DNA from: Octopus bimaculoides
Lineage: Eukaryota
Direction of reading: 5' to 3'
NCBI RefSeq assembly: GCF_001194135.2
Contig: NC_068990.1
Coordinates: 87,620,299-87,684,298, forward strand
DNA: 64,000 nucleotides
Shown: positions 54,716 to 64,000 of the stretch, in pieces
Layout: the number at the start of each line of letters is the position of its first letter
Numbering within the stretch: position 1 is the first letter of the stretch
Made by a program: the position numbers and the translations under genes
The notes under the pieces: model-generated
Databases searched by the model: none
What the model saw: the letters and a program-made list of their open reading frames with translations, nothing else
Told to the model about the DNA's origin: nothing

Positions 54716-57386
54716 CTATCNNNNNNNNNNNNNNNNNNNNNNNNNNNNNNNNNNNNNNNNNNNNNNNNNNNNNNNNNNNNNNNNNNNNNNNNNNNNNNNN
54801 NNNNNNNNNNNNNNNNNNNNNNNNNNNNNNNNNNNNNNNNNNNNNNNNNNNNNNNNNNNNNNNNNNNNNNNNNNNNNNNNNNNNNNNNNNNNNNNNNNNN
54901 NNNNNNNNNNNNNNNNNNNNNNNNNNNNNNNNNNNNNNNNNNNNNNNNNNNNNNNNNNNNNNNNNNNNNNNNNNNNNNNNNNNNNNNNNNNNNNNNNNNN
55001 NNNNNNNNNNNNNNNNNNNNNNNNNNNNNNNNNNNNNNNNNCAGATAGGGTGATAAATTGAATATTCATTCAATTTAAAACCAAATGGCTTAGTATATAA
55101 AAAAAAATCTAAAAATTCAGAAAAAATTGTACTACACGTGTATAAGGTATGTCCACCTAGTGGTAATCCCTTATACACGTGTGTATATATATATATAGAT
55201 AGATAGATAGATAGATATGTATGTATGTATGTATGTATGTATCTAAACATGTGTGTATACATATATTTCTGTGAGTGAGTGTATGAGTGGGGGGGGGTAC
55301 GTGTGCGTGTGTGCGCGTGCGCATGTACAGGCATCATCTTGGTGGATGATTTATCGTCTTTGGAGTTTGGATCATCTTTTGAAGATAATCATAATTGGTG
55401 ACTTTAGCGTGGTGTAATTTCATTCCCTGTTTAGTAAGGTAGGATATTCAAGCATTTTTCCGTGGTTCATAGCAGCAGATTACGGAACCATTTACTTACG
55501 ACGGCGGCAAATCTAGTATTTCTCGTTTTGCATTTTGTCGTCATGCTTATTGTCTTTCACTTTCCATTGTGTTAAGACACGGATGTTGCCTTTCTTTTGT
55601 ATGTCTTCTGGAATGTGCAAGTATATGTCATTGAGTCTTTCACTAGTAGCGCTGGTACAATTTTTCAGTTTGTTTATCTTTGATAACAGCTGGTTTATAG
55701 AATATGTTTGTTTCGACATAACGGGAATGTTATTGTTGTAGTGTGGTTGTATAAGTTTATAATTGTGTATTTGTATGTTCCTCGGTGTGTTGTTGTTTAA
55801 TGATTGTATGATGGTTTTTTGTGCCGTAGTAGCTAACTTTCGTATTGTTTTTGCTGAATAATGTGTGATATTTGTTCTTTTGGAAAGTGTTTGCTGATCA
55901 CTGCTAGGATACAACGTGCTACATTTGCGGTTAGGTTTAGAGTGGGTTGACTCAGATTGTGTTTGTTTTTCTGTTTTCTTTTTCTCTGTTCGTTTGAGAC
56001 GCCTAAGGGATATATAGCGTTTTTTTTTCTCTCTTTTAATCAACTTGCTTTTACAGCTTCATTGTAGAATGATGCCGCTTGAATAAATATTTTTTTGTAG
56101 ACAAAATTGTTGATAATATTCACATTAATATTAATACTCACTGTTTCAAAAGTTTGTATATAAACTTAAATGCAATATCATCACCTTCATACACACACGT
56201 AGAAAGGAGCTTTTATAATGCTTTTCTACTTGCCATTGTGTGTGTGNNNNNNNNNNNNNNNNNNNNNNNNNNNNNNNNNNNNNNNNNNNNNNNNNNNNNN
56301 NNNNNNNNNNNNNNNNNNNNNNNNNNNNNNNNNNNNNNNNNNNNNNNNNNNNNNNNNNNNNNNNNNNNNNNNNNNNNNNNNNNNNNNNNNNNNNNNNNNN
56401 NNNNNNNNNNNNNNNNNNNNNNNNNNNNNNNNNNNNNNNNNNNNNNNNNNNNNNNNNNNNNNNNNNNNNNNNNNNNNNNNNNNNNNNNNNNNNNNNNNNN
56501 NNNNNNNNNNNNNNNNNNNNNNNNNNNNNNNNNNNNNNNNNNNNNNNNNNNNNNNNNNNNNNNNNNNNNNNNNNNNNNNNNNNNNNNNNNNNNNNNNNNN
56601 NNNNNNNNNNNNNNNNNNNNNNNNNNNNNNNNNNNNNNNNNNNNNNNNNNNNNNNNNNNNNNNNNNNNNNNNNNNNNNNNNNNNNNNNNNNNNNNNNNNN
56701 NNNNNNNNNNNNNNNNNNNNNNNNNNNNNNNNNNNNNNNNNNNNNNNNNNNNNNNNNNNNNNNNNNNNNNNNNNNNNNNNNNNNNNNNNNNNNNNNNNNN
56801 NNNNNNNNNNNNNNNNNNNNNNNNNNNNNNNNNNNNNNNNNNNNNNNNNNNNNNNNNNNNNNNNNNNNNNNNNNNNNNNNNNNNNNNNNNNNNNNNNNNN
56901 NNNNNNNNNNNNNNNNNNNNNNNNNNNNNNNNNNNNNNNNNNNNNNNNNNNNNNNNNNNNNNNNNNNNNNNNNNNNNNNNNNNNNNNNNNNNNNNNNNNN
57001 NNNNNNNNNNNNNNNNNNNNNNNNNNNNNNNNNNNNNNNNNNNNNNNNNNNNNNNNNNNNNNNNNNNNNNNNNNNNNNNNNNNNNNNNNNNNNNNNNNNN
57101 NNNNNNNAACGAAGGAGGGGGTGACGATGAAGGGAGAGGGAGGAGAGAAGAAGGTGGGTAGGAGTGGAGAGGAAGTACGTGTCAGAGCAAGAGAGGAGGA
57201 GAGGTGGGTGGAAGCGAAGAGAGGAAGTAGGTATGAGAGGAAGAGAGGAGAGAGGAAGAGAGGAGAGAGGAAGAGAGGAGAGCGGAAGGGAGTTAGATAA
57301 AGAGGGGAGGGGAGTTAAGCCCATGTGTATGTATGTATGTGGGGAGGGGCTTGATGTGCGCATAGTCAAATAAATACCTGAAGCAA

Positions 57387-57392
57387 TTTATT
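57387..57392 (-). promoter_or_regulatory. Candidate polyadenylation signal AATAAA
   Basis: tttatt on + strand, about 115 nt 3' of the TGA at 57506. The hexamer is common in AT-rich DNA, so support is positional only. Confidence 0.4.
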
Positions 57393-57505
57393 AAATAACC
57401 AAATTGCGTGGCATTGTGCCAAAGCTAGAAACTCTTACCATATTACTCATTTACATATCAAAATCACCTCTCCGTCATAAATCCTTTGTTAATCTCCTAG
57501 TTCCA

Positions 57506-59340
57506 TCAAACTTTACAAGCCACAAGGAATATTTCCATCTCAGTCAACTCTAGAATGCACCAAGATGGAAATATTTCATGAAGCCAACTGGTTCCAACTG
57601 GTAAGAACATATCTAAGTTACAATGAAGGAATTTAAAAAATTTTTGCAAACTGTGTAGTTGTTCTGAGAGTATCTGTTGATTGAATCCTTTCTGTTCACA
57701 GAGGATGCTGATCAGAGCAGAGAGATTACTTCCAATAACTTTCCCCCAAAAAAAATTACCAAAATCTTCATCTTTTGATAATGTAAGCAGAAAGTCTCGG
57801 ATATATCCGGAACGGCTCACTACAGTTTTGCACTGCACACCTCCATTTTGAAACTGAGAACATTCAAATGCATTTATTACTGCCTCCATGAAAAATTTGT
57901 CAGGTGTTAAAATGATACTTTCAGAAGTTTGTCTAATATATTTAGAGATGTTAGACTCTACAGAGATATTGTGGACCTGAGTAAGATGCCATTTCATATG
58001 GAACTGTATTGAATGACACAAGGGACATATGCGGCAGCCATACTTCATTTCAGTTTTGTTATAACTGCTCATATCACAATAGAATTTCTGCTTCCATTTG
58101 GGTAATTCTGAATGGGAGTTGCTCAGGTGTGTCTTAATTTGATGAAAAATTGCTTCACAGTAAGGTACAGGACACTTTACTAAACAGTCTGACTCTGAGA
58201 GAATCGTTCTTGATCTTTCTTCAGTTTCAAAACTTTTGCTTGGCGTTTTTTGCGTGCTTGGAGTAGAATATGGTGTTATCAACAGAGTTTCATTAGTTCT
58301 TTCATATCCATTCTGTGAATCAGAGAAATCCAAATCCGTGCCTTCATTTTTAATTGCTGATAGGGATTTAAGTTCATTTTCATCAAATAACTGTTTAGAA
58401 TTATTTAACAATCCGTTAGAAGTTTTTGGATCTGGAGAAGATATTCTTTGAAACTTTGACCTAAAGTGACTATGTTTGGAAGAATTGGCAGTTAATCCAT
58501 AAATGCCTTTGTTATTATCTGTTTCTGTTTTCAAATCTAAAATCAAATGTTGATTCATGTTCAAATCTTGTTGCTTAGAAGATTGAGAATAGTAATAATC
58601 AGTTGAGGAGTCCAATATGTATGTATGGGAATCTAATGAATCTAAGCAGCTAGAAAACGTCATCTGCTTCACAATTTCACTATCCAAATCAATTTTATAG
58701 AAGTTGGAATTTAGATGAAAGTCTTGTTCATATAATGTAATAGCATTTCTCGGGAGTGTCTTGTATGTTACAATTATGTCATCCTTAAAACATTTATAAT
58801 TTCTCTGAATAAAATTCTGACCAAATTCATGTGTGGTAAATGCTTTATCCCACTGTGTCTCACAGTTTAAATTTCTTCTCTTTAATTCTTGCATTTTGAC
58901 AAACTTTCCTGCAACTAGAGAATCATTATAAAATGTCTTGTTGTCTTCAGGGCAAAATAAAGAGTCGGAATCTACAGGATTAATGCTGTATTCTCTATCT
59001 TCTGAATCTAGAATAACAGTAATTTTATAATGACATTTACTATCCTTGAAGAGTGTTTGTTTTCTATAAGCAATTGATTTCTCTTTAATTCCATAGGAAA
59101 TACCAGGTATAAAGCTGTCAGCTCTGGAATGTTCAAATTCTTGATGATTATTGTTACAATAGTGATGGCAGACATAAGAGATGTATTCTTTCCAATCAAG
59201 TGAATTATATTCCTGGATAAAGCTCAAAGGTATACTGATTTCAAAAGTAACTCCATTTTCTAAGAATTTTAAATATTTCTTCATTCCTGAAAGAGCCATT
59301 TCTTCTCTTGGAATAATATCAATCACAAGGAAACATCTTT
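57506..59340 (-). CDS. Large intact coding exon (probably terminal) of an uncharacterised protein: about 610 codons, two C2H2-like fingers (C-x4-C-x9-H-x4-H at 58174-58112; C-x2-C-x9-H-x4-H at 58027-57971) and a helical domain (57889-57626) resembling a tyrosine-recombinase core-binding domain
   Basis: 606-codon stop-free frame in an AT-rich window where no other gap-free ORF exceeds 200 aa. Acceptor ctcttttctttcctaacAG lies immediately upstream (AG at 59342-59341) and the frame continues AA|AGA TGT TTC CTT GTG. TGA at 57508-57506. AATAAA about 115 nt downstream. The domain call is by motif resemblance only. Confidence 0.85.
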
Positions 59341-59360
59341 CTGTTAGGAAAGAAAAGAGT
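59341..59360 (-). promoter_or_regulatory. 3' splice acceptor (polypyrimidine tract + AG) of the 57506-59340 exon
   Basis: Minus strand reads actcttttctttcctaacag directly before the open frame. Confidence 0.65.
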
Positions 59361-59679
59361 ATGTTTACTGTTCTTTATCAAAATATTATTATTGTTGATA
59401 TATCTACTAAAACAAGAGAGATAAATACTTTTAAATAAAATTTCAAAAATAGAAAGATATGTTAAAATTAAAACAATTTAAAAATACATTTCAATTAAGC
59501 AATTAATAAAACATATATTTTTAAGATGAAGCACAAACAGGAGTGGCTGTGAGGTAAAATTTGGTGCTTAACTTGTAAACCCATAGTTATATGTTCAAAC
59601 CTTACCTTAGTCAGTGAGTTATCTGTTTGACTGACATTGGGCTCCATTTCAGCGTCATAATATAACAAATCAATACTCC

Positions 59680-59725
59680 AAATTTCGAATCTGGGTTCTC
59701 ATTCCTAAGGTTTTTTTTGTTGTTG

Positions 59726-59756
<31 letters not shown>

Positions 59757-59856
59757 CATTATTCAGGTCACTGCCTGGAATCGAACTCGTAATCTTGCCC
59801 ACGGGCATATGGCGCAGTGGTTAGGAGCGCGGGCTACTAACCCCAAGGTTCTGAGT
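59680..59856 (-). mobile_element. SINE family D 5' part with inverted tRNA-like head
   Basis: Head (+, 59803-59856) has A box TGGCGCAGTGG. The rest (-, 59797-59680) has B box GAGTTCGATTC, the (AAT)n linker and the body start. Confidence 0.7.
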
Positions 59857-60179
59857 GCACAGTGAAAAAACATATTTCTCTGTATGAACTTATTACAAAT
59901 ACAGCTTGGAACGTAATTATCTCCCTTGCAATGATCCAGGGGAAGTAACTCTCGTAGAAACCGATATGGCTGACGTTATTTTGATTGACGAAACAGTTTA
60001 CTAGTTAGAGAAGGGAAAACTAATAGTTTAAATTAAACCTAATATACTACAGGTATTTATTTATACATCCAAGAATATTGACGTCATCGGTGTGGCTGGA
60101 AGTTATTATAAAGGAACTTAATGAAATACACAATGAAAACAAGTCTCTTCAGTATTCTATTGTTCTAGCAATCCAGCGG

Positions 60180-60415
60180 CCCGTGTATTGATTTCAAATT
60201 TTCGTACAATAATCCCCCAATAATTTAGAGGGGGGGAGGGGTCTAGTCGATTGCATCGACCCCATTACTCAACTGGTACTTATTTTATCGACTCTGGTAA
60301 AGGATGAAAGGCAAAGTCGACCTCGGCAGAATTTGGACTCAGAACGTAAAAACGAACGAAATGCTGCTCAGCATATTGCCTGGTGTGCTAACGATTCTGT
60401 CAACTCACCGCCTTC
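60180..60415 (-). mobile_element. SINE A
   Basis: aactggtacttattttatcgac...ggatgaaaggcaaagtcgacctcggc...ctcagaacg...gtgctaacgattctg. Confidence 0.85.
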
Positions 60416-60594
60416 AGCGCCCTCTATATTGATAAAAAAATAGAAACTTTAGCAGATATTGTATGTTAGTGATATCCGCTTGAAAGGGACACGCCCTATA
60501 CATATGAGGGGAGCGACGTGTATGAGTGTAAAGATGATCTTTCGTTTTAGTATCACACTTTCATTTTGTTCAATCAGTAACTAAAATAATTTTG

Positions 60595-60720
60595 TTTGGC
60601 CATGTGGGTTTGAGTTCAGTTTCACTGCGCGGCACCTGGGGTAAATATCTTTTATTGTAGTCTCATTCCGATCAATAGCCTCTGAGTGAATTTGGCAAAC
60701 GAAAACTCTAAGGAAGCCTG
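60595..60720 (+). mobile_element. SINE B 5' half (diverged), tandem to the next copy
   Basis: gagttcagtttcactgcgcggcacctgggg...gaaactctaaggaagcc. Confidence 0.65.
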
Positions 60721-60729
60721 TATGCGTGG

Positions 60730-61080
60730 GTATGTGGTAAGAAGTTTTCTTCTCATCCACATGGTTCCGGGATCAGTCCCACTGCGTGGCACCTTGGGCT
60801 AGTGTCCTCTACTTTAGCCTTGAGCCAACCAGAGCCTCCTGAGTGGAATTGGTAAACGGAAACTGAAAGAAGCCCGTCGTGTGTATTTGTGATTCTCCCC
60901 CACCACTGCTAGACAACCGGTGTTGGTGTGTTTACGTCGCCATGACTTAGTTACTCCGCAAAAGAGACCGATAGTACCAGGCTTTTAAAAAGTAAATATT
61001 GGGGTCGATTAGTTCAACTAAAATTCTTGAAGGCTGCAGGATGGCCGCAGTTTAATGACTGAAACAAGTAAACGATAAAA
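60730..61080 (+). mobile_element. tRNA-derived SINE family B, near full length
   Basis: tggtaagaag...ggttccggg.tcagtcccactgcgtggcaccttgggc.agtgtc...ggaaactgaaagaagcccgtcg...tgactgaaacaagtaaa. Confidence 0.9.
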
Positions 61081-61159
61081 AGTATATTTGTGCGCGCGCG
61101 CACCAGTGCATGTTTGTGTATATATATACATACACATATGTATGTGTCTGCGTTGCGTA

Positions 61160-61255
61160 TGTCAGCCATCGCTGGTTGACAAACCGTGCTGGTTTGTTTA
61201 CGTCTCCGTAATCTAGTGGTTCGGCCAAAAGGAACAATAGAATAAGGACCAGACT
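61160..61255 (+). mobile_element. SINE B 3' fragment
   Basis: ttgacaaaccgtgctggtttgtttacgtctccgtaa...gatagaataag-like. Confidence 0.6.
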
Positions 61256-61729
61256 AAATGTGAATTTTACAATAAAGTATTCATTTGTCTTTTAGTTTGT
61301 TTTTTTTTTTTGTTTTTTTTTTGTCGGGTCAACTGATTTCCCTTTCAGGTATTGTGGATGCGCACTAATATTGTTCCATTTTCTGCCACCGCGCGAAATT
61401 TCGAAATGGAATATAAGGATCCCAGAATACAATGTTGAAAACATAATTCCGAAGTTAATTCCCCGTAAATTCCAACGGTATGTAACATGAAATTTCTTTG
61501 ATATTTTCAACGAATTCGTGTTGTATGTGCATCACATACAGATGTGTGTAGGTGAGTGTCAAGAAAGTTTGTTGGAGATTTGGCTGTTATTTCGGTACTC
61601 ATATTTTTTGTAAATACCCTTTCAAGTTGCATTTTGTAGAAAAAAAAATAACACTGGAAATTTCCAAAACTTTCAGTTGTAAAAGAAAGAAAAAGAAATG
61701 AACACTTTAATCTAACTTTTTGCCAAACA

Positions 61730-61926
61730 AATTACTATGGCCAAACCAAGTTCCTTTCCGAAGTGGTCGCCGAGTTCTTACAACTTTTCTTGTTGCACTG
61801 AAACTTGCGCTCTGAGTGAGATCTTCCGACCCGCTTCACTCTGTAAATTTTGCTCAGTATAGTTTTACAAGATGGGCAACACATTTGTTTGGCTAGGATC
61901 CCAAGTTCCTGGCAATAACTTTTCAT
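61730..61926 (-). mobile_element. Merlin transposase N-terminal zinc-ribbon fragment
   Basis: YCQELGILAKQMCCPSC...FQCNKKSC then, frameshifted, LRKGTWFGHS, typical of the Merlin N-terminus (C..C...C.K..C...S.RKGTWF). Confidence 0.65.
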
Positions 61927-62376
61927 TTTAATTTTTTTACCGCGGGAAATTTCTCTGAAATTTTATCGCCAAGAAACAAAGCCGGCCAGTATGGGATTTT
62001 TTGTCGAAACTCATCCCCATTCGACTTCTAGGCCATATGAAGCGTATATGTAAAAAAATAAAATAAAAAATATGTGTGGAAAAGAGTTTGTGTGAGAATT
62101 CGCTGTTATTTCTAGCATGTGGATAGACTGCTTGAAGGCACATTTAATGTACGGGAGCGGGTGGGTTACGTCTCCACCATGTGCGCCCAATTTTGATTTG
62201 AAAGTATTTAAAAAGTTATTTGTAAATCATAAAGAGAAACGAACGACAGAATCGGAACGTCCGCATTTTAAAATCGAAGATTAAAAAAAAAATTCCAAAA
62301 ACCTTCCCCATGTCGCCCATCCATCACCACACCACTTCCAAAGTTTTACATATACCCTCCAGCTTTCATCAGGTGT

Positions 62377-62590
62377 CTGAATAGTAATAATAATAATAAT
62401 AATAATAGCATCGAAAAATACCTTAGGAATGAGAACCCAGGTTCGAAATTTCCCCAAGACACCTGATGAAGGCTGGAGAGTATATCAGCCGAAAAGTTGT
62501 GTTAACAACAAACGAGATGAGGACAAACATCCGTCAAATGTAAATAATTTAAATAATGTACATAATTCTTCATCTCTTCAATATAGAACT
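62377..62590 (+). mobile_element. SINE family D body: (AAT)n linker, body, hammerhead motif, stem-loop tail
   Basis: Shares ctgaat(aat)n and ccttaggaatgagaacccag.ttcgaaattt with 59680-59797, and its tail with 30632-30718. Confidence 0.75.
62458..62503 (+). ncRNA. Minimal type I hammerhead motif (Penelope-type) inside SINE family D; helix III probably mutated
   Basis: GACAC-CTGATGA-A-[GGCTG gagagtatat CAGCC]-GAAA-AGTT-GTGTT. Stem I GACAC/GTGTT, stem II 5 bp. A at 62495 where the palindromic ACGT helix III would need C. Confidence 0.55.
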
Positions 62591-62654
62591 GTTATTCGGT
62601 TTAGTTATATATAAAAAAGCAAATAAAAATTAAGGGGCAGATAAGTAGTAAAAG

Positions 62655-63052
62655 AAGTAAAGGGACATTGGGTATTCGGTGGCATAGAGAAAGTCTCAAT
62701 AAAGTGTTTTTTGGTCGAAGTACCTGACCGCACAGAAGAGACTTTAACTGAACAGGATTTTGCCTGGGTCTCAAACAGTCAGCAATGGATGACGAGCATA
62801 TAATAACATCGGTGTCCTCAATGGTGGTGCCTACCCGCACGAGGTGATTATACACCAGCATTGTGTTGAGCCTCGTGATCAAGACGTCCACACACAAAAT
62901 GTGGAAAATATTTGGATGAGGGTGAAACGGAAGTTGAAACGACATTTTGGGACATCGGACGAATCGTTTGTTTCTCTGGCGTAATTCCACTGAAAAAATG
63001 AGGACATTTGTTCACTTTCTGGCGGCGATCGCTGGTCTTTATGCTGTATAAA
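62655..63052 (+). mobile_element. Merlin (IS1016/ISXO2-like) transposase C-terminal half, pseudogenised
   Basis: GHWVFGGIEK..KCFLVEVPDRTEETL, ILPGS..VSNG*RAY, HTQNVENIWMRVKRKL, FLWR...FLAAIAGLY*. Confidence 0.85.
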
Positions 63053-64000
63053 AAGTAAGTTGCTTCTTTTACTATTTATCTTCCTTTAATTTTATTTCCT
63101 TTTCTTTTTTCCATATAACTAAACTGAATAATTACCTAATATAGTTATAAACCAGTCGGGCAAAAAATGGTGGCTTTTGACCATAAGAATGATTGTCTAG
63201 TGCTGAATTAGGCAAAACAACGACCCACCACCACAACTACTACCACCACCACCAACAACAACACCACTACCATAAATACTACTGTCACATGGTCGCTCGA
63301 GTTTCTAGGAATAACGGCCGAACCTCTCTACTCTCTTTCTCATATAAAAGCCAGCTTTTTAAACAAGAGAGAATAAATCGGTTCATAATGTATTTCAAGA
63401 TATAACAGTAGCGGGGGAGGGGGCCTCTTTGATCAGAACTGATTTGGGAGCTAAACAATCGATATTGATGAAAGTACAGCTGGGAAGGGGTTAATTGATG
63501 GTTAATTATTAGAACATGTGTGGAAGTCAGAGAAGTAATAAAGCCTAATTAGATTGTAATAATTCTCTGTAGACAAAATCTCGAGGAAACTCATTAATTG
63601 TTTAGAGGATATTCCCACGTGACTTTCATTTAATTTCAGATTATGTGAGCATTTAATTAAAGAGGGGAGGAGATGAGAGAGAGAGAGAGAGAGATGGATG
63701 AGGAAGAGAAACAGACGAAGAGATGTGAGAGACAGGCAGACAGACAGATGGTGTGTGTGATCAAGTGGTAGAGAACCGAGAGGTCGAATACTAGCCACCT
63801 GACCTCGGTACTTTTTTGTTTTTGCTGGGTTTTTTTTTTCCTTTTTAACGGTGCAGCTCGGTTTGCAGAGATGTAAAGAAGTAATACAGAGTAAGAAGCT
63901 GATGGAACAAAGTTTAACTGATCACGTGAATATATAGCCAGGATAGGGATGAGGCCTCTTGCAAGATGGCTTTATATATTTATTTGCTCCCCTAGATGAT

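Noticed and set aside
57120-57310. Purine-rich 13-mer-like repeats giving an ERKRG ORF
   Set aside because: Low-complexity GA repeat next to a gap.
59803-59856. tRNA-like sequence with A box and anticodon-like loop
   Set aside because: Lacks the contiguous T arm and acceptor stem; it is the head of SINE family D, not a tRNA gene.

Overview
AT-rich eukaryotic (animal) draft-assembly window with 17 N gaps, most flanked by microsatellites. The SINE families look like those of coleoid cephalopods (Octopus-like); this is recalled, not database-checked. It is mostly intronic/intergenic repeat DNA. There are at least four tRNA-headed SINE families (about 35 copies), decayed LINEs (R4/Dong-type RT and REL ends, an L1/Tx1-like 3' end, CR1/Jockey-like pieces), a Penelope-like RT/GIY-YIG remnant, mariner, hAT and Merlin DNA-transposon relics, and dense microsatellites. 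Only one well-supported protein-coding segment is visible: an intact 1.83-kb minus-strand exon (59340-57506) with splice acceptor and polyA signal. It encodes two atypical C2H2 fingers and a helical domain resembling the core-binding part of tyrosine-recombinase elements, with no catalytic domain. The most unusual signals are two hammerhead-ribozyme motifs (one canonical at 8551-8602, one inside a tRNA-headed SINE at 62458-62503), the recombinase-like exon, and a near-identical 225-bp direct repeat pair bracketing a hairpin/exon candidate. I saw no rRNA, intact tRNA gene or CRISPR array. Coordinates of decayed repeats are approximate (about +/-20 bp). All peptide family calls come from recalled motifs, not searches.
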